DNA from: Verrucomicrobiota bacterium
GTDB lineage: Bacteria > Verrucomicrobiota > Verrucomicrobiia > Opitutales > T3Sed10-336
DNA length: 46,051 nucleotides
Assembly: GCA_003565135.1 (NCBI GenBank)
Contig: PXDC01000250.1
Coordinates: 1-46,051, forward strand
Direction: 5' to 3'
Position numbers and translations under genes: made by a program. The notes under the pieces are model-generated. The model was not told the origin of the DNA. It worked only from the letters and a program-made list of their open reading frames with translations, and did not search any database. Of this stretch, positions 10,437 through 19,527 are shown in pieces (the stretch's first letter is position 1; each line of letters opens with the position of its first letter).

Positions 10437-11435
10437 TCACGGATTCCGCTCCAGACCCAACTTTCCCAGCCGCAACCAGACCGAACGAAGCCTCTCCGCC
10501 CGCCAAAATCCCAGTGTTCGGTAAAGCAGGCGATACACCCGGGAGTTCAGACCCGAAGCATTCGGACGAAAACCTCGCCGGATCAACTGATCGTGCGCCG
10601 CCACGGCATAACCCGGATCGAGGGGATAGATTTTTCGCATGACGCTGAAGGCCCTCTCCTGCAGGACCGACTCGAAATCGGGCGAAAGCAAGCCATTCGT
10701 GTCCATGTACGCCCACATCTCCCGCCGCAGGCCCAGCCATTGCCGGTTACTGTGAAGGCGGTTGTGGTTCGAGCGCGAGTTGCTGCGCCGGCGCAACGTT
10801 GTATAGACCACCGGGTCCCTCAATACCGTGGCTCCATTTTTGAGCATGCGGAACATCAACTCCGAGTCGTCCGAGGCCGTGGCGTCTTCGTTCCAACCGC
10901 CCACGGCCCGGACCTCATCCGCCCGCCACAGATTCGAACTGGTAATCCCCAGGCCGCTGCAAAACAGTTCGGCCCAGTCGTCACCCGTCTCGGGCAACGC
11001 CTTCACCATTCGTCCCCTCGTTCCTCCATCTTCATCCACCCGTTCGTACCCCCCGGCCACAAAGCCGGGCCGGAAGGGGCTGGCGGCGACGAGATTCGCC
11101 TGATGCTCCAGTTTCATGGGATGCAACAGATCATCAGCGTCCAAAAACTGCACGTACTCCGAGCGGACCCTTTCCAATCCCACGTTCCTCGCCGCATTGG
11201 GCCCCTTGTTGGATTGACTCAGCACCGTTATCGACAGGCCCGAATCCCTCAACCCGCGCAAGACGCCCAACGTAGCATCGCTCGATCCGTCGTCGATACA
11301 GATCACCTGTTCCGCCGCAAAGGCCTGGTCGAAAACCGAACCGATCGTCGCCTCCACGAATTCGGCCGCATTGTAACAGGGCATCACCACCGATACCGCG
11401 GGCAGTCCCGGGTCCCCTGTTTCCCGACCTGACAT
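10437..11435 (-). CDS. family 2 glycosyltransferase
   Basis: VSVVMPCYNAAEFVEATIGSVFDQ, IDDGSSD and the LDADD (DxD) motif. Start set to the ATG at 11435, which removes the overlap with the upstream gene ending at 11443. Confidence 0.85.
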   Translation of the reverse strand: MSGRETGDPGLPAVSVVMPCYNAAEFVEATIGSVFDQAFAAEQVICIDDGSSDATLGVLRGLRDSGLSITVLSQSNKGPNAARNVGLERVRSEYVQFLDADDLLHPMKLEHQANLVAASPFRPGFVAGGYERVDEDGGTRGRMVKALPETGDDWAELFCSGLGITSSNLWRADEVRAVGGWNEDATASDDSELMFRMLKNGATVLRDPVVYTTLRRRSNSRSNHNRLHSNRQWLGLRREMWAYMDTNGLLSPDFESVLQERAFSVMRKIYPLDPGYAVAAHDQLIRRGFRPNASGLNSRVYRLLYRTLGFWRAERLRSVWLRLGKLGLERNP

Positions 11436-11442
11436 CCTCGCT

Positions 11443-12072
11443 TTATTCCGTACGGGCCGCTTCCTCGATAATCTCACGAATCCTGGGAAAAAACTCCGGA
11501 CGGCGAAGGGGGGGACTGGTTTCAATCACCCCGCCGTCTCGGTCCAGGAGCACAAACCCGGGAATCGTCCGGGTCCGGTGCTGCCATAGCACGTCGCGGA
11601 CGTCGTCGATCTTGTCAAAGGCGACCGCCGGCCAGGAAATGCCGCTTTCAATCATGTATTTATCCTGATCCGCTTCGGCCTCATCCTCGCCGGCCAGAAT
11701 AAGCTCAAAATTATCGAAATCCTCGCGCATCTCGTCGTAGAACTCGACCAGCGTCGGGGTAAAATTCCTGCAGTAGACGCACCAGGACGCACCAAAGTAG
11801 ATCAGCAGGAAATCCTTTTCCGCCAGGTCGGGCGCGGGGTGCTCGCGGACGCTCCCGTCCTGGACCGAAACCAGTTTGTCCCGGAGTACCTCGGCGATCG
11901 GCGTATCGGCGGAACCGGCCTCCGAACCGGAATTTACCGGTCCCGCATCGTCGCTGTCCGCAGCGACGTCGGAAACCTGCCCGTCTTCCGCAACACCACC
12001 CGGTTCGTCCCCCGTGCATCCGGCGAGCGCAGCCGGTATCAACAGGACCAATAAAATCCGTATCCCTTTCAT
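11443..12072 (-). CDS. TlpA-like thioredoxin-fold lipoprotein (thiol-disulfide oxidoreductase family)
   Basis: Signal peptide with lipobox (LLIPAALAGC) when started at the ATG at 12072. CxxC motif in thioredoxin context (IYFGASWCVYCRNFTP). Confidence 0.75.
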   Translation of the reverse strand: MKGIRILLVLLIPAALAGCTGDEPGGVAEDGQVSDVAADSDDAGPVNSGSEAGSADTPIAEVLRDKLVSVQDGSVREHPAPDLAEKDFLLIYFGASWCVYCRNFTPTLVEFYDEMREDFDNFELILAGEDEAEADQDKYMIESGISWPAVAFDKIDDVRDVLWQHRTRTIPGFVLLDRDGGVIETSPPLRRPEFFPRIREIIEEAARTE

Positions 12073-12195
12073 AGTAACCGTAACCCATAGATCCGCTCCC
12101 CGGCGGATGCAAGCCCGTGTGCCATTCCGCATCACCGAGCACCCCTGAATCACTTCACGCGCCATCTACCGGCGAAACGGATTCCCTCAAACACT

Positions 12196-13044
12196 CTACC
12201 TTTCGCTTTCGTCCCCCAGCGGGCGGATTTCCACCCCGTGAACCTTCACCGCCGCCTCCCACACCCGGAATCCGAAATAACCGTCCCTCGCCAGGCCGCC
12301 ACTATTTTCGCTATCCCGGTAGCGCACTTCCGGCTGCTCCCTATCCCCCTGGTGAAGACGGTAGACGTCGCCTTCTTTTACGATACGAACTGTGTGACGG
12401 GAGTTCCACACATCATCAACCGCCTGGGAACGTTCATCCATCAGGTGAAACCCCGGATTTTTCCGTACAATGATGCGGTAGGGCGGGTCCTGGCGCGGAT
12501 TGATCCGGTAGTAGGTGATGGTGTGGCCTCGCATCGGGACGAGCTCGGTTCCGGTCAGCTCCTTGTGCCGATCGACCGCCGCCTCCCGGTGGTGCAGCCA
12601 GGGATAATGACCGGTTCGCTCGTCGCCGTCCGCGATGATGTCACGCTGCTCGTCCTCGTATCGATAGTTGAACATGAACAACAGATTCCCCGCCTCGTCG
12701 CCCTCCGGTTCCGGTGCCAGCGGCTCGATGTCCCATTCCATGACCCAGTCGCCCGAAAGCGGCTTCGGGTGCCACAGGTTCACTCCTTCAGTACCACCCG
12801 GACGGTGCTCGGATTCGCGCGGATCAATGAACAAGGCCCCGTCGCGCAACTCGATCGTCGCCCCCGGCGGCCCCTCCCAATGCCAGTGATCCCAGCCTTC
12901 GGAAAAATCCTCCTTCACCTCCAACCCCTCACCGGCCGCGCGTTCCCCGCCGACTCCCGACGCCGGCATCGCCGCAAATATCATTAACCCCGCACCGGCA
13001 GTCGCAACGCCGATGCCCTTCCTGAAACTTTTCGCCAGTTCCAT
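12196..13044 (-). CDS. secreted hypothetical protein, DUF1961/YesU-like (concanavalin-type fold) by resemblance
   Basis: ATG at 13044 gives a signal-like N-terminus (GVATAGAGLMIFAAMPASG). Coding-like composition throughout. The family call rests on general resemblance only. Confidence 0.55.
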   Translation of the reverse strand: MELAKSFRKGIGVATAGAGLMIFAAMPASGVGGERAAGEGLEVKEDFSEGWDHWHWEGPPGATIELRDGALFIDPRESEHRPGGTEGVNLWHPKPLSGDWVMEWDIEPLAPEPEGDEAGNLLFMFNYRYEDEQRDIIADGDERTGHYPWLHHREAAVDRHKELTGTELVPMRGHTITYYRINPRQDPPYRIIVRKNPGFHLMDERSQAVDDVWNSRHTVRIVKEGDVYRLHQGDREQPEVRYRDSENSGGLARDGYFGFRVWEAAVKVHGVEIRPLGDESER

Positions 13045-13220
13045 GTCGGTCACTCTCGCAACGGTCAGCCCAAATGACAACCCCGAACTCAATCTCCCCC
13101 GTTTATCCCCCTCCCGAAAAGGAACTCCCCCTCCGTCCTGCCTCACGAACGGAGTGGATCCGATTGTTGACACCGGTGTTATCGATCCCGAGTAAGACCT
13201 GCCTCCGCACCGTTGAGCGT

Positions 13221-15068
13221 TCAATACCGCAACCGGTAAAACCGCCGCGTTTCAGCGTCCGCCTGGGGATCAAAAAAAATCGCTTTGCCCTCGGCATCGG
13301 TTTCGATGGTTTCCGCTTCAGTCCAATCGTCAAGGTCCTCCGAAACTTCGACGATATACTCGGTGTTCGCAACCCCGTCGATTTCCAAGCGAAACGGCCC
13401 GCCCGCATCGCCGCGTTTCAGCGTGGCGCCGGGGGGCCCCCGGGGGATAACCCGTTCAACCACTTCAAACCCTTCAAGATGGACCACCGCCAGATCGGTG
13501 GAATACGCGCCGTCCTCGCCGCGCACGGGCACGAAGACGAGCGACTGAATGATGCCGCGCGGGGTTTCAAGGACGCCGTTTCCGTCAAGCGCTGAATGGT
13601 TCACATCCCACCCGGTCACCGATTCATTCGGCAGGTCGAACTTCAGAGTGGTCCATTCTCCTGCACGGACCCGCTTTCCCTCCGGAGGTGCGGTGACGAC
13701 GGCGCCATCTGCTACGGGCGGACCGCCGATGAACTCGAATCCCCCCGTCGGATCACCGGTCGCGCCGTAATCTCCGGTCGATTCGGTATTCCGGACAAGC
13801 AGCAGTACGGTCATGTCCAGGTTGCTGTGAATATTGAACCGAACCGGTTTTTGGAAGGAAACAATCGGCTGCCCGAGGGCCTCGGGGGCCGTGTGAGTGG
13901 ACACACGCAGCCACGGATCCTCGAGCCCGGGAAGAAAGCTCCATCGCAGACGCAGCGCCCGTTTTCCCTTCCCGTCCCCGGGCAGATCAGCTTCTCCGAC
14001 CACCATCGAATCATCCGGAGCGGGCGCCAGGTACTGATCCGTCGATCCTGAGTACGAAGGACGCCGGAGAAACAGCGCCCCGTTGGCCGTAGGCACATCG
14101 AAAAGGTGCTCGAAACTGGCAAACAGGTGCGTGTACGTTAGTGGTCTCTCCCGAACGGTGGCCCAGAGACCGAGATTGTTGCCGACATAGCGCTCGGTTC
14201 CGGGTTCGTTGCCGATTCCTACCGGAACATTCACCACACGCGGATCGGGATCGGAAAAAATAAGGGTGGTCGACCCTCCTCCGTCCAGGTTGATCCCGTG
14301 CACCGCTCCGTATTGTTTCAAAACATACGCCACCTCGGTCGTGGACATTCCCTGGCTGTGATCCGAATTCCGGCCGTCCACCGTAAAAAGGAGCAGCTTC
14401 CCATCATCGGTAACACCCGCCGCTGTGCGCGGATGCAGGCCATCCGCCCAGGTAGCGATGACAGCACCGTTCTGGAGGATCAGCTCGTTGCCGCCAACCG
14501 CGTTGTACAGCGGGACGTCCGGAACCGGGTCGTATCCGCTGAAAAAGTCCGGCGGATCGTGCGAAACGTTTTCGGAAACCGGCGTGACCAGGTCCACCTG
14601 GTTGTCCGCGGTGATGTTGATTCCCGGCCATCCCGCGTAAAACGGCGAATAGACGTCCCCTTCAGAAGCCGCGATATTAAGGAGGTTCATATTGATCCCC
14701 GAAGCATAGTTCGAAAAATTGGCGTTAATCCCGATCTGCAACCCGTGCTCGGAAACAAAATCACGCGTCCGTTGATGAACGGTATCACCGGGAGCATCGC
14801 CGTTCGAAGGCGTGGTGAAAAACCCGATCCCCGGCGCCGATGGATCGATCTCCAGGAGGTGGAGGCTCACACGCCGCGGCTGCTCCTGGTTTATCCGGTA
14901 ATGGGTCACTCCCTCAAACGGCTCGCTGATGATGACCCGGGCACCTTCGGCAACCCAAACCACTGCCACCTGTACCGCCATCAACCAAAGCACACGTCCT
15001 CCGCTCCATCGGATCGGATTCCCCGGCCCCCTTTCCACGGCCCCCTCTCGTTTATACACCTGCTTCAT
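13221..15068 (-). CDS. phosphodiester glycosidase family protein (DUF2233/NAGPA-like) with extra C-terminal beta-sandwich modules
   Basis: 615-aa ORF with an N-terminal TM/signal segment. Hallmark GINLDGGGSTTL block of phosphodiester glycosidases. The C-terminal tail ends ...YIVEVSEDLDDWTE...RRFYRLRY. Confidence 0.75.
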   Translation of the reverse strand: MKQVYKREGAVERGPGNPIRWSGGRVLWLMAVQVAVVWVAEGARVIISEPFEGVTHYRINQEQPRRVSLHLLEIDPSAPGIGFFTTPSNGDAPGDTVHQRTRDFVSEHGLQIGINANFSNYASGINMNLLNIAASEGDVYSPFYAGWPGINITADNQVDLVTPVSENVSHDPPDFFSGYDPVPDVPLYNAVGGNELILQNGAVIATWADGLHPRTAAGVTDDGKLLLFTVDGRNSDHSQGMSTTEVAYVLKQYGAVHGINLDGGGSTTLIFSDPDPRVVNVPVGIGNEPGTERYVGNNLGLWATVRERPLTYTHLFASFEHLFDVPTANGALFLRRPSYSGSTDQYLAPAPDDSMVVGEADLPGDGKGKRALRLRWSFLPGLEDPWLRVSTHTAPEALGQPIVSFQKPVRFNIHSNLDMTVLLLVRNTESTGDYGATGDPTGGFEFIGGPPVADGAVVTAPPEGKRVRAGEWTTLKFDLPNESVTGWDVNHSALDGNGVLETPRGIIQSLVFVPVRGEDGAYSTDLAVVHLEGFEVVERVIPRGPPGATLKRGDAGGPFRLEIDGVANTEYIVEVSEDLDDWTEAETIETDAEGKAIFFDPQADAETRRFYRLRY

Positions 15069-15300
15069 TTCCTTGGCGACGTAACCCCATCATTCGGCTC
15101 CCCGTTCATCTCTTCTTCGAGACTCCCCATAAAATAAGGCCACGGAGTCCTCGCGCTAGCTTTTTTTCGCAATTGCTGATTTCCCGTCACAACTACGCCC
15201 GTTGGGAAAGGATTGCACCCGGTCCCATACCGGCCGGTTACCGGAACCCCGTTCACCAACGACACCGACAACCTCCGCCGCAATCACTTCCACTCCCCCC

Positions 15301-15672
15301 ATGAATGGTGATGCAAAGCGAAATCGGTATGTCTGGTCGCCGGGATTCCCCGAGGTTTTCATCGATACCTCCCTCCTCGTTTTATTCGACCAAGCCATCC
15401 ATAGAAACCAGTACATATCGAAGATTCGTCCTCACCCTACTCCGGGAAATGTGTGCTGCGGCCAACATTTTCCCGTCGCCGACGGCGGCCGGGCCGAGAT
15501 TGACTATGACGTGGTTGTCTACGGCGGCAGCGGCCGGGTCATCCTGGTCGACCGCCGGACCGAGGTCGGCGTCGATTTGCCGGAAAGTGTCGCCGCCAAG
15601 AACGCCCTGCAGGAAGCGGCGGCACAGCTCACCGACCGCCTGGTTTCGGCCCTGGTTAACGCTTACAACTGA
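15301..15672 (+). CDS. hypothetical protein
   Basis: ATG at 15301. The C-terminal two-thirds (DYDVVVYGGSGRVILVDRRTEVGVDLPESVAAKNALQEAAAQLTDRLVSAL) has protein-like composition and C/G-rich third positions. The competing frame (15305-15964) is Arg/Ser/Pro-rich. No family recognised, and the start is uncertain. Confidence 0.45.
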   Translation: MNGDAKRNRYVWSPGFPEVFIDTSLLVLFDQAIHRNQYISKIRPHPTPGNVCCGQHFPVADGGRAEIDYDVVVYGGSGRVILVDRRTEVGVDLPESVAAKNALQEAAAQLTDRLVSALVNAYN

Positions 15673-15721
15673 AGGACGCGAACCTGGTGGTACGGAACCC
15701 TCGGACCGAGGGCCGTCGCGG

Positions 15722-16453
15722 TTATGCGAGCAGTTCCGGGACCGTGCGGAGGGCGTACCCCTCCCGCCGGAGGAATGCCAGCAGACCGGGAAGCTGTCGC
15801 CAGAACTTGTCCGGCCTTCCCGGTCCGGCCCCGAGATGCATGAGGAGGAAAAACCCGTTCAATCCGGCGGTATCGGCCGAAGCGCGGTCGTGGATGCTTT
15901 GCCGGATGGTCTCGGAGTCGCGGTAGTTGGCGGCATTCTCCTCGGTGTAATCCGCCTGCGATAACGTGCCGGGGGTGAAGTTAAAGAGTGGAAAACCCGC
16001 TTCGCCCGCCCAGGCAGCCACCGTCGGGTTGTACCATTCGTAGGGAGGGATCCACCAGCGGATCGTGCGGCGGCGGACGCCGAAACGTTCCAGTTCCGCC
16101 ACGTTGGCGTCCAGATCGTCGAGAAAAGTCCGCCGGTCGACCAGGGTCGGCCGGCTTTCCTCCCAGGCGCAGTACAGGAGGTGGCGGTCCGAATGGGGTC
16201 CCAGGCAGTGCCGGGAACCGCCCATCCGGCGGACAGAAGCGTCGTATTCCGGATTTCTCAGAAAGTCCCCGGTCAGGAAGAACGAAGCCCGGGCCGAGAA
16301 CCGGTCCAGGGTATCCAGAATCTCCCGACAGCCTTCCCCGAAGTCGCCGCCCGTGAATACCAGGGCCAGTTCCCGACGGTTCCTGCGTCCGCGCACCGGC
16401 ACCCCGAGGTGCCGGGTAATGCCATCCGGGCCGATCGCGGAATCCCCGTTCAC
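15722..16453 (-). CDS. polysaccharide deacetylase (NodB-homology) family protein
   Basis: LALVFTGGDFGEG (degenerate TFDDG-type motif 1) and GPHSDRH (HSxxH motif 2). Start assigned to the GTG at 16453, which overlaps the upstream GNAT stop as GTGA. The track start at 16675 lies inside the GNAT gene. Confidence 0.7.
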   Translation of the reverse strand: MNGDSAIGPDGITRHLGVPVRGRRNRRELALVFTGGDFGEGCREILDTLDRFSARASFFLTGDFLRNPEYDASVRRMGGSRHCLGPHSDRHLLYCAWEESRPTLVDRRTFLDDLDANVAELERFGVRRRTIRWWIPPYEWYNPTVAAWAGEAGFPLFNFTPGTLSQADYTEENAANYRDSETIRQSIHDRASADTAGLNGFFLLMHLGAGPGRPDKFWRQLPGLLAFLRREGYALRTVPELLA

Positions 16454-17394
16454 AGGTCCCTCCTCATGAGCCGGAAACGGCGGGTCACGGAAAACCCGAG
16501 GCGCCGGTAGATTCCCCGGGCCGCCCGCTCCCCGGTCCAAAGCACGTAGGCGCAGTGGAGTCCCTCGCGCCGCATCTGTTCGAGGGTTCGTCCCAGGAGC
16601 ACCTGCCCGATCCCCCGTCCCTGGTAGGCCGGAGCGACCCCGAACGGGCCGAAATGTTCGCCCGCAAACTTGCAATAGCCGATAATGGCATCGCCGTCGC
16701 GCGCGACAAAGACAGAATCCTCCGGGACGTGTCCCAGCGTCATCGCCTCGAGGTGCCGCCGGGCGTCCTCGATCCAGTCTCCCGGCATTTCTCTTGCCAG
16801 GAAACCGAGGAAGCCCGCGGTCCGTTCCGCAGTCAACGGTTCGACCACGATCCCCTCCTCCCGCAGACCGGCTTCCTCCTTCGCCACCAGGGACCGGTAA
16901 TCGGTCCCCGCGATGACCGCGTCCATGGCCAGGGCCTGCGCGAATTCGGTGTACCCGCGATTCCCGAGAAACGAGACGGCGGGGGAATACCGTGCTTCGT
17001 CGATTCCGGGAACAAAGTACCCCGAGGGGTACGGAGCCACGGCGACTTCGGTCCGGCCGCGTTCGCGGAGAAAGGATTCCGCCGCGTCGAAGAGCCGGGT
17101 GCCGATGCCCTGCCGCCGCACCTCGGGAAGCACGCCGAAGGCGGTGATAAACCCGCGGTGCTCAAGCAATCCGGTTTTTTCGATGGGAACACGCAGGACG
17201 AGGCTGAGAACAAATCCCGCCGCCGCTCCGGTAGTGTCGGCGGCGAGGAGCAATCCCCCGGGTTCCAGGTTGCGGTCGAGCAGGACCCGGCGCCGGAATG
17301 CCGCGGCAGTGAGGGATTCGTACGGCAGGCACCGGTTCCAAAGGGACACGAGAGAGCGAAAGTCATCGTCGCGGTAGGGACGGATCGCGGACAT
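16450..17394 (-). CDS. GNAT-family N-acetyltransferase with two acetyltransferase domains
   Basis: Two acetyl-CoA-binding-type blocks: RRQGIGTRLFDAAESFLRERG and AYQGRGIGQVLLGRTLEQMRREG. Confidence 0.8.
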   Translation of the reverse strand: MSAIRPYRDDDFRSLVSLWNRCLPYESLTAAAFRRRVLLDRNLEPGGLLLAADTTGAAAGFVLSLVLRVPIEKTGLLEHRGFITAFGVLPEVRRQGIGTRLFDAAESFLRERGRTEVAVAPYPSGYFVPGIDEARYSPAVSFLGNRGYTEFAQALAMDAVIAGTDYRSLVAKEEAGLREEGIVVEPLTAERTAGFLGFLAREMPGDWIEDARRHLEAMTLGHVPEDSVFVARDGDAIIGYCKFAGEHFGPFGVAPAYQGRGIGQVLLGRTLEQMRREGLHCAYVLWTGERAARGIYRRLGFSVTRRFRLMRRDL

Positions 17395-17530
17395 AACCGG
17401 ATCCTATCGCAGTGCCGCCGACCCTGCAAGAACGCGCGGGGCGGGGAATCGGTCGCGCCGTTTCCCCCGAAAAGGCGGGGTTACCGCCGGGAATCGGCTC
17501 CGTCGCTGTCGCGACCGGGACCGCAGACGT

Positions 17531-18508
17531 TCAGGCCCGTGCTATCTGTTCCTTCGTCGCGGTTTTGAGGAAGGTATCCAGATCCGAACGGCCGTCGCCG
17601 CAGCCGCCATCGCCCGCTTTGCGGACATGCGGCCGGGTAATGTCCTCGTACCCCTTGTAGGCATACGGATCCTCGCCGGCGACCATGACGACATCGCGGA
17701 AATCGGTTCTGGCCATCCCCACTCCCTCCTTATGCCTCCATGGCAGGAGTGATTCCGCACTCATGTAATGATTCACCAATACGCGCCGGTATCCCGTTTC
17801 ACTCCTGTTGGGCAGGGAGCGATGGAGCAGGTAGCCATTAAAGAAAACAATGCTCCCGGCCGGAACTTCGACCGGCACTTCATCCTTTTCGGTGTACGGA
17901 AACCCGTAGGCCTCGAGGGCGCAGTCGAAACGCCTGTCGTCGTGCGGGTACTGCGGATACAGGATACCGCGTTGGTGCGAACCCGGAATGACCCAGAGGC
18001 ATCCGTTTCTTATGACCGCGTCGTCAATGGCGATCCATGCCCCGCAGAGCGAACGGTCGCGGGTGGGGATGTAATCCTCGTCCTGGTGCCACGCCTGGCC
18101 GGGTTTTCCCGCCGCCTTGATAAACAGCATCGACTGCATGCATTTGACATTCGGGCCGATCACCCGGGTAAGCACCTCGACAATGCCGCGCTGGGAAAGG
18201 AAACCGCGGATGGTACTGGAAAATTTGTGCGGCTGGTGAATACAGAGAAAGTGCCGCAGCACCTCGTCGTCCGTCATGGCGTCGGCGTTTTCCAGCATCG
18301 GCACCGCACCGCCCAACTCGCCGCGCTTCCCCCGGCACACCGCCGCGGCCTCGTCGATGAGGGTCCTTCGTTCTTCGCCGGAGACGGCGCCGGTCAGCAC
18401 CAGGTACCCGTTCTCCCGGAAGAACCGCGTCGACGCGGCGCCGAGCCGGTCGAGGGTGACGTAGCCGGGTTGATCGATATCGATGGATCCGGTGGGTGTC
18501 GCACTCAT
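17531..18508 (-). CDS. phytanoyl-CoA dioxygenase (PhyH) family Fe(II)/2-oxoglutarate oxygenase
   Basis: WHQDEDY (HxD) and a distal LLHRS histidine in a PhyH-like context. The ATG at 18508 is preceded by GAGGAGG at SD distance. Confidence 0.85.
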   Translation of the reverse strand: MSATPTGSIDIDQPGYVTLDRLGAASTRFFRENGYLVLTGAVSGEERRTLIDEAAAVCRGKRGELGGAVPMLENADAMTDDEVLRHFLCIHQPHKFSSTIRGFLSQRGIVEVLTRVIGPNVKCMQSMLFIKAAGKPGQAWHQDEDYIPTRDRSLCGAWIAIDDAVIRNGCLWVIPGSHQRGILYPQYPHDDRRFDCALEAYGFPYTEKDEVPVEVPAGSIVFFNGYLLHRSLPNRSETGYRRVLVNHYMSAESLLPWRHKEGVGMARTDFRDVVMVAGEDPYAYKGYEDITRPHVRKAGDGGCGDGRSDLDTFLKTATKEQIARA

Positions 18509-18627
18509 AAGAAACCTCCTCTTGGTTAACGGCAGGCAAAACGACGGCGTTGTTGCCATCAGCGCCCCGAATGTAACCGATAAGAAGACGTTTGACCATA
18601 GCCTCGGAAAACTAAAACATATCCACA

Positions 18628-19446
18628 GTGAACTTTTTTGGCCAAAATCCCCGCTTTAAGTCTGGAGAAATTATCTACAGGGAAGGCGGCCGGCTTGGTC
18701 CCCGGATTCAGCACAATCTCCAACTCATCTACGTCTACCACGGGCACCTCCATGTTCGCAGCGGCGAAGGCCGGCGGGTGGTGAACGCGGGCGAGAGCGC
18801 GCTCCTGCTGCCGGGAAAGGAGGAGTACTTTACATTTTCGTCGCTCCCGACCTGTCATCACGGATGGGTCGAGGTTCTCCGCCCCCGGCTGGAGCCGCCG
18901 GTTCTGGAGCGTTACGACCGGCTCCGGGAGGCCGTTCCCGTCACATCCCGTATGCGGGAACTGGCGGGCATGATCGGACAATTGCGCGAGGCCGAAAGCG
19001 GGGCCGCCTTTCACCTTCACCAGACCCTGGCGCAGGCGATATTCTTCGAATTTCTGCACCGGGCCGGTTTCAGTGAAGAGGAGGAACGGCTCCCCGAGGC
19101 GGTCGAAAGGGCGTTGTCCCGCATCGCGCGGGACTTCGGCAAAGCTCTCACCCTGGCCGAACTGGCGGCCGCCGGCGGCGTCACCGCCCAGCACCTGGGA
19201 CGCCTTTTCCGCCGGAATGTTCGCCAGAGTCCGATCGAATACCTGTGGGCATTCCGGGTGCGGGAGGGGTTCCGGCTATTGGCGGAAACGGGCCTCAACA
19301 TCAGCGAGATCGCCGACCGCTGCGGCTTCCGGACCCCCTTCCATTTTTCGCGTTTGATCAAGCGGCAATACGGCTGTTCGCCGCGGGAGTTGCGCAAGCG
19401 TTACTGGAAGGACCACAAGGTTCACGCGGACCGGACGGGGGAATAG
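18628..19446 (+). CDS. AraC-family transcriptional regulator
   Basis: N-terminal cupin-like region. C-terminal double HTH (LAELAAAGGVTAQHLGRLFRR...ISEIADRCGFRTPFHFSRLIKRQYGCSPRELR). GTG start at 18628. Divergent from the PhyH gene. Confidence 0.85.
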   Translation: MNFFGQNPRFKSGEIIYREGGRLGPRIQHNLQLIYVYHGHLHVRSGEGRRVVNAGESALLLPGKEEYFTFSSLPTCHHGWVEVLRPRLEPPVLERYDRLREAVPVTSRMRELAGMIGQLREAESGAAFHLHQTLAQAIFFEFLHRAGFSEEEERLPEAVERALSRIARDFGKALTLAELAAAGGVTAQHLGRLFRRNVRQSPIEYLWAFRVREGFRLLAETGLNISEIADRCGFRTPFHFSRLIKRQYGCSPRELRKRYWKDHKVHADRTGE

Positions 19447-19527
19447 TTCGCCTCGGATACCCCGGGGCCGGAATCGCCGGGCTCCTGGTTGTCGTACGCC
19501 CGACGTCTTTCCCCGACCTGAGGAAAT

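Noticed and set aside
15305-15964. 219-aa plus-strand ORF overlapping the small hypothetical gene and the deacetylase 3' end
   Set aside because: Its Arg/Ser/Pro-rich translation is typical of an off-frame reading. The 15301-15672 frame has better composition, and the remainder is antisense to the deacetylase.
18619-18627. DnaA-box-like ATATCCACA next to the AraC start
   Set aside because: It is a single copy with one mismatch to TTATCCACA, with no cluster or AT-rich unwinding element. It is not an origin.
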